Shown piece after piece: positions 30,966 through 41,359 of a stretch of 59,994 bases of DNA. The position numbers and the translations under genes are program-made. Position 1 is the first letter of the stretch; each line of letters starts with the position of its first letter. Origin of the DNA: Woeseiaceae bacterium (lineage in GTDB: Bacteria; Pseudomonadota; Gammaproteobacteria; Steroidobacterales; Woeseiaceae); NCBI GenBank assembly GCA_050738315.1, contig JBOHZD010000129.1, forward strand, positions 1 to 59,994. The letters are read 5' to 3'. The notes below the pieces were generated by a model, which saw only the letters and a program-made list of their open reading frames with translations, was not told the DNA's origin and made no database searches.

Positions 30966-31594
30966 AACGCCCCGTTTGCGCCAGTCAGCGACAGCTCATC
31001 ATACAGCCGCATCCAGTCGAAAGCGGGACCCGGATCCGTTTTTCGGCCGGGCGCGATGTCGGAGTGTGCGGCGGTCAGCCGTGGGTTCAGTTGCGGGTAC
31101 GCAACGAACAACGCGCCGAGTACCCGGGCAAGCACGGTGTATTGCTCATTCGCATACGGCGTCTGGTCCTCGCCTTCGAGTTCGATGCCGACGGAGAAGT
31201 CATTACAGCGGCTGCGCCCGCGAAAGGTCGATTCGCCGGCATGCCAGGCACGCCGGCCAAACGGCACGAATTGAATGAGGTCGCCGTCGCGCCGGATGAG
31301 CAGATGCGCGGACACGTGCAGACCGCAAATCTCCTCGAAATACGGATGCTCGGCCGGATCGATGCAGTTCGTAAAAAAATGCTCGATGTGCGGCCCGCCG
31401 TACTCGCCCGGCGGCAGGCTGATGCCGTGAATCACAATCAGCGACAGAGGCGCGTCGTCGGGCCGGTCGTCCTGGTTCGGTGAGGGGCATTGCACGGCAG
31501 GCCGGATGAGTCCGGCACCGGGACTGACGGTGTATCGAGGCTCCACGGTATTGGGCAATCTGCGGTCCTTTTCAGCACTGTAGGTCCCCGCCAT
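30962..31594 (-). CDS. ampD: 1,6-anhydro-N-acetylmuramyl-L-alanine amidase
   Basis: Amidase_2 motifs (IVIHGISLPPGEYGG, HLLIRRDG, RAWHAGES, NDFSVGIELEG, HSDIAPGRKTDPG). Confidence 0.9.
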   Translation of the reverse strand: MAGTYSAEKDRRLPNTVEPRYTVSPGAGLIRPAVQCPSPNQDDRPDDAPLSLIVIHGISLPPGEYGGPHIEHFFTNCIDPAEHPYFEEICGLHVSAHLLIRRDGDLIQFVPFGRRAWHAGESTFRGRSRCNDFSVGIELEGEDQTPYANEQYTVLARVLGALFVAYPQLNPRLTAAHSDIAPGRKTDPGPAFDWMRLYDELSLTGANGAL

Positions 31595-31636
31595 ACTCTT
31601 GCCGAACGCCCTCCGATGTCAACGCAGGAACTGTCA

Positions 31637-32383
31637 ATGTCGAACAAGCACGCCAATCGTCTCTACGTTTCGACGTCCCTCTGTTCCGGTGAGAAATGCC
31701 GCCTGGACGAAGACCATTCACACTATATCTTCCGCGTGCTGCGCCTGCGCACAGGCGACGGCCTCGTGCTGTTCGATGGCAGCGGCGGCGAATACGACGC
31801 GGTCGTTTCGGAGACGTCGAGGAACGGCGTCACCGTCGTCGTCGGTAAACACCGCAAGGAAGACCGCGAGTCCCCGTTGGCCGTCAATTTGCTCCAGGGC
31901 ATCTCCCGCGGCGACCGCATGGACTTCGTGGTTCAGAAAGCAACCGAGCTCGGCGTGCATCGGATTACCCCGGTTGTCACGGAATTCTCGGTCGTGCGGC
32001 TGGCTACAGCAAAGGCCGAAAAGCGGATGCAGCATTGGACCCGGGTTGCGCAGAGCGCCTGTGAACAGGCAGGGAGGACCCGGGTGCCGGCGATCGATAC
32101 TCCGCAACCACTCTCCCGCCGGCTAGAAACCGCCGTGCCGCGAGGTGCCTCTCGCGTCGTGCTGCATCCCGGCGCAAGCATGAGCCTCGCAACGCTCAAA
32201 AACGTCGTCGACCGCATCGAACTGTTGATCGGACCCGAAGGCGGCTTGAGCGACGCCGAATACGCGATGGCCATAGAGGCCGGCTTCGCACCCTGCTCGC
32301 TCGGGCCACGCATTCTCCGCACCGAAACCGCCGCGATTGCGGCGTTGGCGCTGCTACAGGCGCAAGCGGGGGATCTTGCCTAG
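31637..32383 (+). CDS. rsmE: 16S rRNA (uracil1498-N3)-methyltransferase
   Basis: RLYV...HYIFRVLRLRTGD N-terminal PUA-like domain and C-terminal LIGPEGGLSDAE, RILRTETAA. ATG 31637 has AGGAA 7 nt upstream; ATG 31616 is an alternative start. Confidence 0.85.
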   Translation: MSNKHANRLYVSTSLCSGEKCRLDEDHSHYIFRVLRLRTGDGLVLFDGSGGEYDAVVSETSRNGVTVVVGKHRKEDRESPLAVNLLQGISRGDRMDFVVQKATELGVHRITPVVTEFSVVRLATAKAEKRMQHWTRVAQSACEQAGRTRVPAIDTPQPLSRRLETAVPRGASRVVLHPGASMSLATLKNVVDRIELLIGPEGGLSDAEYAMAIEAGFAPCSLGPRILRTETAAIAALALLQAQAGDLA

Positions 32384-32429
32384 CCAAAGAATGGCAGCGG
32401 CCCGCGGCGCGGGATTTGCCGGCTGCCGT

Positions 32430-32903
32430 TCAGCCCTGCAGGGATTCGCCCGCGATCAGCTGTTCCAGCTTTTCCAGGTGCGGGATCAACGGGTATTCAT
32501 TGATCATCTTGACGCGGCAGAGCACCGGTGCGTCTGCGGGCCAGCCGCCTTCGGTCGTATCCAGTTTCAACACGGCGCGGTTGACGCGAACCAGCTGCGG
32601 GAAGCCCTGGGTGAGGATGCCGAAAAAGCCGGTCTTGATCTGGCCGGTACTCGAATAGAACACGACGATGCGCGTGCGTCCGGTACTGGCCGGTATGTCT
32701 TTACCGATTGCGCCTTCGTACGACACAACCGGCAGTACGCGCCCGCTCCAGTTGACCGTGCCGAGCATCCAGTCGAAGCTGCCTTCCGTGTGCTCCGGTT
32801 GCGTAAAACGCACGACCTCGGCGACGCAGGCGCGCGGCACGATGAGGCGCTCTTCCGAGAGCGGAACCAGCAAACTGTAAAGCTCTTCGGATTCGGCGCT
32901 CAC
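32430..32903 (-). CDS. chpC: CheW-like coupling protein (ChpC-like)
   Basis: Single CheW domain, 157 aa. The GTG start overlaps the chpA stop (GTGA). Confidence 0.75.
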   Translation of the reverse strand: MSAESEELYSLLVPLSEERLIVPRACVAEVVRFTQPEHTEGSFDWMLGTVNWSGRVLPVVSYEGAIGKDIPASTGRTRIVVFYSSTGQIKTGFFGILTQGFPQLVRVNRAVLKLDTTEGGWPADAPVLCRVKMINEYPLIPHLEKLEQLIAGESLQG

Positions 32904-35900
32904 CGCAGGCTGATTCCCCGTTCTTCGAGAATTTTCTGTATGGCTTCGAGCAACTGTGAATCCTGGTACGGCTTGCTCAGGTAATCGTTGACACCGATTT
33001 CGATCGCCCGTGCCCGATGCTTGTCGCCCGCTCTGGAGGTAATCATAATGATAGGCACTTCCGCCACGCGCTCGTCATTGCGCACATGGGTGGCGAATTC
33101 GTAGCCGTCCATCCTCGGCATTTCGATATCCAGCAAAATGACGTCCGGTTTGTTTTCTGACAGCGCGCTGATCGCATCGAGGCCGTCTTTAGCCGTCACG
33201 ACGCGCATGCCGTTGCGCTGCAAAAAGCGCTCCATGACCCGCCGCACGGTAATGGAATCGTCGACGACGAGCGCGAGCGGACGTGCGTCGGTCGCAGCCG
33301 GCGCCGCACCCTTGAGTTCCACCATCGGTGCGCCCGTCCTGACCAGCGCATTGATGTCGAGAATCAGGACGATGCTGCCGTCGCCCAGGATGGTCGCCCC
33401 CGAGATGCCGCGCACGCCGGCCAGCTGCGGCCCGACCGACTTCACCACGATCTCGCGGCTGGACAGCATTTCGTCCGTCAGCAAGGCCGCGGAATAGTCA
33501 CCGGCCCTGACCAGTATGATCGGCACATAGGCCTCGTCTTCCGGCAGTTTCGTGGCCTGCCCGCCCAGGTACAGTCCCAGGTGCCGAAACCGGTAACTCT
33601 GCTCACCGTATTCGTAGCTCGGTTCGCTCTGAATCAACAGGCTTTCGAGTTCGGTCCTTGCAATGCGCGCCACCCCTTCAACCGTCGGCAGCGGCAATGC
33701 GTAGATCTCGTCGCCGGTCCGTACGATCAATGCCTGCGTGATCGCCAGAGTAAACGGCAGCCGCACTCTGAAGTTGCTGCCCTGGCCGACGACCGACGAG
33801 ATCTGCAGCGAGCCGCCGAGCTGTTTGACTTCGTTTGCAACCACGTCCATGCCGACGCCGCGCCCGGCTGATTGCGTGATTTTCGACGCCGTGCTGAAAC
33901 CGGGCGTCAGGATCAGTTGCATGACTTCCTCGTCTGTCACTTTGCTGTCGGGCTTCAGCAAACCTCGCTCGTAAGCTTTGCGCCGTATGGCATTGACGTC
34001 GAGACCTGCGCCGTCATCGGAGACGTCGATCACCATCTCCGCGCCTTCGCGATGCAGGCGGATGGTGATGCGTCCGGTTGCGGGCTTGCCGTTCTTCTGT
34101 CGTACCTTCGGCTTTTCGATGCCGTGGATGACGGCATTGCGCATCATGTGCTCGAAAGGCGGCAACATCTTGTCGAGCACCTGCCGGTCCAGTTCGCCCG
34201 ATGCGCCCTCGACCGCCAGCTCCGCGCGCTTGCCGGCCTCCGTTGCAACCTGCCGCACCAGCCGCGTCAGCCGAGGAACGTGACGCTGGAACGGAACCAT
34301 GCGGGTACGCATCAGGCCGTCCTGCAGTTCCGCGGTCACACGCGACTGTTGCACGAGCAGCGTTTCCGCCTCTGAGGTCAGCGTACGCAGCAGGTCCTTC
34401 AGACTGCCGAGGTCGTTCGCCGATTCGGCCAGCGCGCGCGACAGCTGCTGAATATTCGAGTAGCGATCGAGTTCGAGCGGATCGAAATCACGTGCAACGA
34501 AGGTATCCTGATGCCCGTGCATGATCTGCGCTTCGGTCTCGATTTCGAGTTTGCGCAACTGGTGCCGCAGGCGACTGACCGTCTGTTCGAGTTCGTCAAT
34601 GTGAAACTCGATCGAGGTGATCTGCTGACTCAGGCGTGAGTGATAGATGCTGATCTCGCCTGCTGCATTCAACAGATCTTCCAGGAGATCTGCGTCGATG
34701 CGGGCGAATTCCTGACGCGCTTCCGCTGTCGCAGCCGGTCGGAACGGCTGGCGCCGTTCGTCCGGCCGCAGCTCGGGCAGGTCCGGCGCGGCTTCGTCCG
34801 GGAAGGGTTCCGGTTCCGGGGGCATCGCCGCGGGCTCGGAGATCGGCGGCAGTACCGCCGCCGCTGCCGGCTTTTCTTCCTCGGCCGCGGCGCGCTCCTC
34901 GGGCTGCCGGGCTTCGGGCGGAGGCTCCGGGGCCTGTGCCTCGGGAGCAGGCTCTTCACCGGGGCCGCGTGCCTCGATGACCGCTTCCCCCTCGGCAGCG
35001 GCCGGCGCTTCTTCGGGTGCCGGCGCCGCTTCGACAGTCGCGGCTTCCTCGACGAGAGAAGAATCGACGATGACAACACTGACGGTATCTTCCGGCTCCG
35101 GCGTAAACTCGACGGACACCGAATCGTCCGTAGCAGGTGTGAGTTCCGCCGTGACATCGCCGGCATTCAGCTTCTGAATGACTTCTTCCAGCGCCGTCGC
35201 GGGCATCACCTTCCTGCCTCCAATCACGGTGTCGCGCATACGATGCAATTCATCGATACTTCGCTGCAGCAGATCGTCGAGCTTCGGCGAGGCCGGGATG
35301 CGGCCCTCGTCAATGCCGATCAACAAGGTCTCCAGCTCGTGGCTCAGGTTGCCCATTGCCGCAATGCCTGCCATCCGCGCGCCGCCTTTGAGCGTGTGCA
35401 GGTGACGCTTCAACCCTTCAGCGTCTTCGCGGGATTTTTTGTCCTTGCTCCAGCGGGCGAGCGCCTTATCCGCTTCCTCGAGGAGTTCGGCCGCCTCCTC
35501 CGAGAAGATCGCCGCAATTTCGGCATCGTAATCCGCTTCTTCCGCCGGTTCCTCGCCCGCGATCGTCTGCGTGTCGCTGACTGCTTTCAGGTCCGGTATC
35601 TTTTCTTCCGACGTGGGTGATTCGACCGCGTCTGTAAGATCGTTGAAATGACCGATGAGCGCGTTGAAGTCGTCGCGTATCCGTTCCGGCTGATTGATAT
35701 CGGACACGATTGCGGAAATGGCCTGCCCGGCGCCCTGGAGCGCGTCGATACCGGCTTTATCGAAACCGACGTTGTAATCGTAAACTCGCCTGACGAAACG
35801 GTTCAGAGCACCCGCCACGGCAACACCCCGCTCTACGTTTGCCATATTGGCGCTGCCATGCAGGGTGTGACACGCGCGGTGCAATTTGTCGGTCACGTGA

Positions 35901-38353
35901 AACGGAGGCCGATGCCCTTCGCAGGCCGCGAGATAATCCTTGATCACCTGCAGATGTCCGTCCGTTTCCTTGGTGAAGATATCCAACAGGACCGGATCCA
36001 TCTCGAGCGCCTGCGCCTCTTCCTTCTGCGGCGCTTCTGCCGGTGCGGCAATGCTCAAGACGGCGGCGTTCGGGTCGCCGTCCGCAAAGGCGTTGGCCCT
36101 GGCCATCAGCAAATTGATGTCCGACCCGGGTTCGGTGCCGACTTCGAGTTGCTCGACGAGTTCCGGGACGACGGCTGCCGCCGCGAGGATGAAGCTGACC
36201 ATGGGCGGGGTGCGCGACAAGGTCCGGTTGATCAGTCGGTTGAGCAGGTTCTCGACGCTCCAGCAATACTCCCCGATGCGTTCGGCACCGACCATGCGCC
36301 CGCTGCCCTTCAGCGTATGGAACGATCGCCGCACGGTAATGAGCGTTTCCATGTCGTCGGGAGTCTCCGCCCATTGCGGCAGATTGCGATTGATCGAGGT
36401 GATCTCTTCCTTGGCCTCTTCGATAAAGAGTTCCAGCAGCTCCGGATCCAGGTGCTCGGCATCCTCCGCGACAACCGGCATCGGGATGACTTCGGTCGTT
36501 TGCAGCTTCTGGGCGGCGGCGTGCGACGCAGCGATCGCCTCGAAATCGTCGCGAGACGGCTTCATGGTCATCGTGCGCTGCGTGTCGACGTCCTTGTCCT
36601 TCGTCAACCGCCTTTCGAGGTCGCGCAGAACGTTCAGGCAGGTCTCTGCGTTGTCGAGCATGTAAGAGGGTTCCCGGCGCCCCGCCTTCACCGTTTCCAT
36701 GTAGTATTCAATGCTCACAATCGCATCGGCGAGTCGGTCGGTTTCCTTTTGCGACAGCCGTCCGGGGCCGCCGCCTCGCAATGCCAGTGTCATCAGATTG
36801 CCGATCCGCTCCACGACCTCCATCGCACGCGATTTGTTCAGCATCAGCAAGCCCGCCTTGATGCCGCGGAACAGCGTCGGCACGCTGTCGAGGCCTTGCG
36901 AATTACCTGTTGTGGAAAGGCTCTGGCTGAACGTCTCCTTGATGCGCGCGAGATTGATGATGCTTTCCCGCATGACCGCTTCCGCGACCTGCTTGTAATC
37001 GGCGTCGTCCGTTGCGGGGTCTTCTGTGGGGCCCCGTTCCGACTCGTTCGGTGCAATCATGCGGATGAGCTGCTGATCGAGCCGGTCTTCCACCCGTAGC
37101 AACGTCGATGCGATTTCAATGACGGTATGCTCGTTCGCACCGCCACCGCGCGTGACCACCGACTTCAGGCGTTCGATCTCCGTGTCGATGTCGCCACGAA
37201 GCTCGCCCAGACCGAGTACGCCGAGTGTGTCGCTGATCTTCTTCAGCAGGTCGAGCTGTGGAACGAGGTCCGCCGGCTTGTTCATGCCGGTACGCACGTA
37301 GATGTCCAGCACGTCCTTGACCCGACCCAGGTCTTCCTTGATCGCCGCCGCCACCGTATTCATCAGCTTGACGCTGGGCGCCGACAGGCTTTCGCGAGCA
37401 TGCTCGACCTGTTCGTCGCCCGGCAGCAATTCGGCCAGGTTGAAGGCTGCGCGGATTTCGCTGATGCGCGTGCCGGCAGTGCTCGACCGGGCGACGTAAT
37501 ACAGGAAATTGTTGAGCAGGTCGGTGACCGGATGGCTGTCGAATGAATCCGGTCCCTCGTCGATCAGAAGCTTGAGCCGCCGGTCGGTCTGACCGAGCAG
37601 TCTTTTCAATGCAATGGATGTTTCGAGTCCGCCGTTCTGCAGCGATTCCAGCACCGCGCCGACCACCCACCAGAGCTGGTACATGTCGTCCCGCGAGGCG
37701 CACTTCTCCAGTGTTTCGACGACGCTCGCAAGCGCTTCGAGATGCCGTTTGGCGTCGCCGCCCTGTATCCAGCCCAGTAACGCAAGCTGAAACCTGGGTC
37801 TCAGGCGGCTCGCGGCGCGTACCGGGTCTTCACCGCTCGTTTCCCTTGCAGACTCTGTTGGCGGCTTTCTGGACGGCGACAGATTGAGCAGCAGCAGCGT
37901 GCCTTCCGAAAGCAGGGGCTGTCCGCGGGCCGCTCGCAGATCGTTCAGCATCGGCAGCAGCACCAGTGCGATGTCCCTGCCGCCGCCAAGCAGCCTTTCT
38001 ATGTAAATCGGCAGTTGCACCATCGAGCGCGTGAGCGCGTCCAGGCCATCGTCGCGCCCCTTACCCTCCCGCAACCTCGCCAGGTAGGCGCAGACCAGTT
38101 CCATCTCTTCCGCGAGCAGGGCCGCTCCGTAGGTTTCAGTCAGGCGCAACGCTCCGCGGGCCTGATGCAGAAGCTGGCCGCAGGTGACCAGTGCCGCCGA
38201 ACCGCCGCGTCCTTCGACACATTCTTCCAGCGCAAGTTGTGCATTGCGCAGCGTCTCCAACAGCTCCTGGCTGACGATCGCAAGCGCGCTTGCCGCCGCT
38301 TCGAGAGTGCCGGTTTCGCGAAGCTGTTCCTGGATGCCCGATTCGCTGCTCAT
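32900..38353 (-). CDS. chpA: Hybrid CheA-type histidine kinase ChpA (multi-Hpt, kinase, CheW and receiver domains)
   Basis: Three canonical Hpt motifs (FHTLKGSGRMVG, CHTLHGSANMAN, LHTLKGGARMAG) plus degenerate Hpt-like repeats. HATPase boxes (NAVIHGIE, DDGAGLD, GRGVGMDVV). CheW-like domain. C-terminal REC (VVDDSITVRR...DIEMPRMDG...SKP). The ATG at 38353 lies one codon inside the track ORF. Confidence 0.9.
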   Translation of the reverse strand: MSSESGIQEQLRETGTLEAAASALAIVSQELLETLRNAQLALEECVEGRGGSAALVTCGQLLHQARGALRLTETYGAALLAEEMELVCAYLARLREGKGRDDGLDALTRSMVQLPIYIERLLGGGRDIALVLLPMLNDLRAARGQPLLSEGTLLLLNLSPSRKPPTESARETSGEDPVRAASRLRPRFQLALLGWIQGGDAKRHLEALASVVETLEKCASRDDMYQLWWVVGAVLESLQNGGLETSIALKRLLGQTDRRLKLLIDEGPDSFDSHPVTDLLNNFLYYVARSSTAGTRISEIRAAFNLAELLPGDEQVEHARESLSAPSVKLMNTVAAAIKEDLGRVKDVLDIYVRTGMNKPADLVPQLDLLKKISDTLGVLGLGELRGDIDTEIERLKSVVTRGGGANEHTVIEIASTLLRVEDRLDQQLIRMIAPNESERGPTEDPATDDADYKQVAEAVMRESIINLARIKETFSQSLSTTGNSQGLDSVPTLFRGIKAGLLMLNKSRAMEVVERIGNLMTLALRGGGPGRLSQKETDRLADAIVSIEYYMETVKAGRREPSYMLDNAETCLNVLRDLERRLTKDKDVDTQRTMTMKPSRDDFEAIAASHAAAQKLQTTEVIPMPVVAEDAEHLDPELLELFIEEAKEEITSINRNLPQWAETPDDMETLITVRRSFHTLKGSGRMVGAERIGEYCWSVENLLNRLINRTLSRTPPMVSFILAAAAVVPELVEQLEVGTEPGSDINLLMARANAFADGDPNAAVLSIAAPAEAPQKEEAQALEMDPVLLDIFTKETDGHLQVIKDYLAACEGHRPPFHVTDKLHRACHTLHGSANMANVERGVAVAGALNRFVRRVYDYNVGFDKAGIDALQGAGQAISAIVSDINQPERIRDDFNALIGHFNDLTDAVESPTSEEKIPDLKAVSDTQTIAGEEPAEEADYDAEIAAIFSEEAAELLEEADKALARWSKDKKSREDAEGLKRHLHTLKGGARMAGIAAMGNLSHELETLLIGIDEGRIPASPKLDDLLQRSIDELHRMRDTVIGGRKVMPATALEEVIQKLNAGDVTAELTPATDDSVSVEFTPEPEDTVSVVIVDSSLVEEAATVEAAPAPEEAPAAAEGEAVIEARGPGEEPAPEAQAPEPPPEARQPEERAAAEEEKPAAAAVLPPISEPAAMPPEPEPFPDEAAPDLPELRPDERRQPFRPAATAEARQEFARIDADLLEDLLNAAGEISIYHSRLSQQITSIEFHIDELEQTVSRLRHQLRKLEIETEAQIMHGHQDTFVARDFDPLELDRYSNIQQLSRALAESANDLGSLKDLLRTLTSEAETLLVQQSRVTAELQDGLMRTRMVPFQRHVPRLTRLVRQVATEAGKRAELAVEGASGELDRQVLDKMLPPFEHMMRNAVIHGIEKPKVRQKNGKPATGRITIRLHREGAEMVIDVSDDGAGLDVNAIRRKAYERGLLKPDSKVTDEEVMQLILTPGFSTASKITQSAGRGVGMDVVANEVKQLGGSLQISSVVGQGSNFRVRLPFTLAITQALIVRTGDEIYALPLPTVEGVARIARTELESLLIQSEPSYEYGEQSYRFRHLGLYLGGQATKLPEDEAYVPIILVRAGDYSAALLTDEMLSSREIVVKSVGPQLAGVRGISGATILGDGSIVLILDINALVRTGAPMVELKGAAPAATDARPLALVVDDSITVRRVMERFLQRNGMRVVTAKDGLDAISALSENKPDVILLDIEMPRMDGYEFATHVRNDERVAEVPIIMITSRAGDKHRARAIEIGVNDYLSKPYQDSQLLEAIQKILEERGISLR

Positions 38354-38358
38354 CAATC

Positions 38359-40380
38359 TCAGCCCGCCGCTCTATCCTCTACCTTCTTGCGCGCTGGCTG
38401 GGGTGGTTGGCTCGACAAGGTGCTCGCATTGAACGCCGAATTGGGCAGCGTGAATCCCGCAACGGTCTGCCTGAGTTGCGACGCGAGCACCGACAATTTG
38501 GATATGGCGGCCGCCGTCGCCGTCGTCGCTCTGCCGGTCTGCTCGCTGATCTCCTTGAGCTTGGTCGTTCTTCGGGTCACGTCAGCGGCGGCGCCGGCCT
38601 GCTCTCTCGCGGATCCGGAGATGTTCTGCACGAGGCTCGCAATCTGGTTGGAGACCTGTTCAATCTCGTCGAGCGCAGCGCCGGCATTCTCCGCCAGCAA
38701 CGCACCGCCGACGACGTCCGTCGTGCTGCGTTCCATGGAAACGACCGCTTCGTTCGTATCCGACTGGATGGTTCGAACAAGTACTTCGATCTGTTTGGTT
38801 GCATTGGTGGAACGTTCGGCCAGACGCTGTACCTCGTCTGCGACCACGGCAAAGCCACGGCCCGCTTCGCCCGCCATCGATGCCTGGATGGATGCGTTCA
38901 GCGCAAGGATATTGGTCTGCTCTGCGATGTCGTTGATGAGCTCTACGATGTTGCCGATTTCCTGCGAGCTTTCGCCCAGCCGTTTGATTCTTTTCGAGGT
39001 ATCCTGAATCGTCTCGCGGATGGCATTCATGCCGTCAATCGTGCGGCGGACCGCCTCACCGCCCTTGTGGGCAACGTCGACTGAATGCCGGGCGACGTCG
39101 GACGAGCGTTCTGCGTTCCCGGAGACTTCCTCGATGGACGCCGCCATCGAGACGATGGACTCGGTCGCCTTCTTGATTTCGCGGCCCTGGTTGTCGGCCG
39201 CGCGCGCCATGTGTCCTGCCGTGCTTTCGGTCTGTTTCGCGGCTGAATCGACCATGATGGCGGTTTCGTTGATGGTTGCGACCAGTTCCCGCAGTTTTTC
39301 GATGGCGTAGTTGATCGAGTCGGCGATCGCGCCGGTGATGTCCTCCGTGACCGTGGCTTCGACGGTCAGATCGCCATCTGCAAGGCTGCCGAGTTCATCC
39401 AGCAGCCTCAGGATCGCCTGCTGATTGCGTTCGTTTTGCTCCGTCTGCTCCTTGGACGCCCGCTCGAATACCGCCGTTCTCGAATGCATGTACGCCAGGA
39501 TGATCAGCAGTAGCAACGAGAGCGCGACCAGGCCGAGCGGCAGCCACGGATGCATCAGGATGCCGCCTTTGTCGGCCGGCTCCCCGGCGGCAAAGACCGA
39601 GTCGTACAGCGAGTTCGCGGTGGCAGAGAGCGACGCGACGCCGGCGACCGGATCACCGAGGTTGGCGGCGGTGGTCAATACGCTCTCGACGCGCATTTCG
39701 ATCTCACTCAATTGAGTGACGACCGGCCGTAGCGCTGCTTCGCTGTCTTCCGGGCTCAATGGGGCAACATCCAGTTCGGTCTCCGTGCCCGACAAGGCGT
39801 TGGTCACTTCCGTCAGAAAGGTCAGGTCGTCGGAAATCTCGGTGACCAGGGCCGGTTGTGCCGTATTGGCCGCCAGGCTTTTCATGCCTTGCTGGAGTTC
39901 GCCGGCGCGCTGCTGAAATTGCTGGATGATGGCAGTGGCGCCCGACAGCTCCAGCAGCGCATTCGACGATGCCAGCATCTCCGGTATGTGTTCGTCGACG
40001 TAGGCTGCGGCGGTTGCAATCGTGCCGAGGTCATCGCGATTCGCGAGCATCGCGCTTGCATGCTGCTCGATGTCCGTCCAGGCAGCCGAGCCGCCGGGCA
40101 GATCCGCATCCGTGACCGTCTGCCGCAGCTTCGACAGGTGGCCCAGATCCTTTTCCAGACGCGTAAACTCGTCGGAGTTACCGGCCAGCGCATTGGCTGC
40201 GTGCAGCGGAATCGATTGCGACAGTGCCGCAAACTCGGCGAACGACGGATCGGTGCCGGCCGCGCGATTCGACTGCATGTACAAAACGACTGCAGCCGCG
40301 ATCAGCGAGATTGCCGTCAGCGCCGCCAGAATGGTGAAGGCAGACGTTTGGTCGGTATTCTTTTGTGATTTCTTGGCCAT
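38359..40380 (-). CDS. pilJ: Methyl-accepting chemotaxis protein PilJ
   Basis: N-terminal TM, periplasmic PilJ-type domain, HAMP, and the conserved MCP hairpin EQTNILALNASIQASMAGEAGRGFAVVADEVQRLAERS. Confidence 0.9.
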   Translation of the reverse strand: MAKKSQKNTDQTSAFTILAALTAISLIAAAVVLYMQSNRAAGTDPSFAEFAALSQSIPLHAANALAGNSDEFTRLEKDLGHLSKLRQTVTDADLPGGSAAWTDIEQHASAMLANRDDLGTIATAAAYVDEHIPEMLASSNALLELSGATAIIQQFQQRAGELQQGMKSLAANTAQPALVTEISDDLTFLTEVTNALSGTETELDVAPLSPEDSEAALRPVVTQLSEIEMRVESVLTTAANLGDPVAGVASLSATANSLYDSVFAAGEPADKGGILMHPWLPLGLVALSLLLLIILAYMHSRTAVFERASKEQTEQNERNQQAILRLLDELGSLADGDLTVEATVTEDITGAIADSINYAIEKLRELVATINETAIMVDSAAKQTESTAGHMARAADNQGREIKKATESIVSMAASIEEVSGNAERSSDVARHSVDVAHKGGEAVRRTIDGMNAIRETIQDTSKRIKRLGESSQEIGNIVELINDIAEQTNILALNASIQASMAGEAGRGFAVVADEVQRLAERSTNATKQIEVLVRTIQSDTNEAVVSMERSTTDVVGGALLAENAGAALDEIEQVSNQIASLVQNISGSAREQAGAAADVTRRTTKLKEISEQTGRATTATAAAISKLSVLASQLRQTVAGFTLPNSAFNASTLSSQPPQPARKKVEDRAAG

Positions 40381-40419
40381 GGCTGTGGGTCGAGTCGGTT
40401 GATTAATGTGTGCGCCGCA

Positions 40420-40983
40420 TCAATCCGCGGCGGCCTGAAGAAACGAGCTGCTTTCGACCAGCTCGAACAGTCCAAAGACCGGCCAGCTGTCGTGGCCGCG
40501 CTGGTACGCGCCCTTGAGGTAGCGATCGCAGCGCACGACGGTCGGCGGCCATTTGTCGGTGAATTCGTGCTCCATGAAGCGGCGGAAGCCCACTACCTCG
40601 TCGACCACCAGACCGGCCGGAACTTCCCGGTGGTTGACGGAAATCACCCGGGTGGCGCGCCGTAACGACGTCCGTCCGCTGCCCAGTAACATCTTGAGAT
40701 CGATCAGCGGCAGCAAGTGGCCGCGGAGATTGGCAATGCCGAGCACCCAGCGCCGCGCGCCCGGCACCCGCGTCATCGTCTCGGGCAGCATCAGGACCTC
40801 GCGCACCTCTCTGCGCCCGGCGACAAACTGTTCCTGCCCGATGCGAAAGCCGATCCCGACCCATTCGGTCGGCAGCCCGTCGCCGCCCTGGCCCGCGTGA
40901 ACTGTGCGACTGCGTCGCTCCAGCTCCTTCAGCAGATCGAACGGTTGCTCGACCAGGGTCGCAAGATCGATGGTCTTGGCCAT
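40420..40983 (-). CDS. pilI: CheW-like protein PilI
   Basis: CheW domain, 187 aa, positioned between pilH and pilJ. Confidence 0.85.
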   Translation of the reverse strand: MAKTIDLATLVEQPFDLLKELERRSRTVHAGQGGDGLPTEWVGIGFRIGQEQFVAGRREVREVLMLPETMTRVPGARRWVLGIANLRGHLLPLIDLKMLLGSGRTSLRRATRVISVNHREVPAGLVVDEVVGFRRFMEHEFTDKWPPTVVRCDRYLKGAYQRGHDSWPVFGLFELVESSSFLQAAAD

Positions 40984-41349
40984 TCAACCGGCCATGACTG
41001 CTTTGATCTTTGCAACGAGTTGCTTCTCCGTCACGGGTTTCACCAGGTACTCGGCAGCGCCCTGCCGCATACCCCATATCTTGTCGGTTTCCTGGTCCTT
41101 GGTCGTGATCATGATGACCGGGATCTCCGATGTCGCCGGCTCCCGGGTCAGCCTGCGTGTCGCCTGGAATCCGTTCATACCCGGCATCACCACATCCATC
41201 AGGATACAGTCCGGGTGCGCCGACTGTGCCTGACGAATACCGTCTTCGCCGCTGTCCGCGATCAGCGTTTCAAAGCCGTTCTTTTCCAGCATTTTCTGAA
41301 ACAGATGCAACTCGGTCGGCGAGTCATCGACAATCAGAATCACAGCCAT
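40984..41349 (-). CDS. pilH: Single-domain response regulator PilH
   Basis: CheY-like REC (ILIVDDSPTE, DVVMPGMNG, VKP). 121 aa from ATG 41349. Confidence 0.9.
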   Translation of the reverse strand: MAVILIVDDSPTELHLFQKMLEKNGFETLIADSGEDGIRQAQSAHPDCILMDVVMPGMNGFQATRRLTREPATSEIPVIMITTKDQETDKIWGMRQGAAEYLVKPVTEKQLVAKIKAVMAG

Positions 41350-41359
41350 GAATCGATCC

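Noticed and set aside
34750-35100. Low-complexity Pro/Glu/Ala-rich stretch that resembles tandem repeats
   Set aside because: I could find no regular DNA repeat unit. It is consistent with a disordered linker within ChpA.
35648-37099. 483-aa ORF on the plus strand, with several similar ORFs between 33.1 and 38.4 kb
   Set aside because: All are antisense to chpA, whose Hpt, kinase and REC motifs establish the true frame. These ORFs have no motifs.
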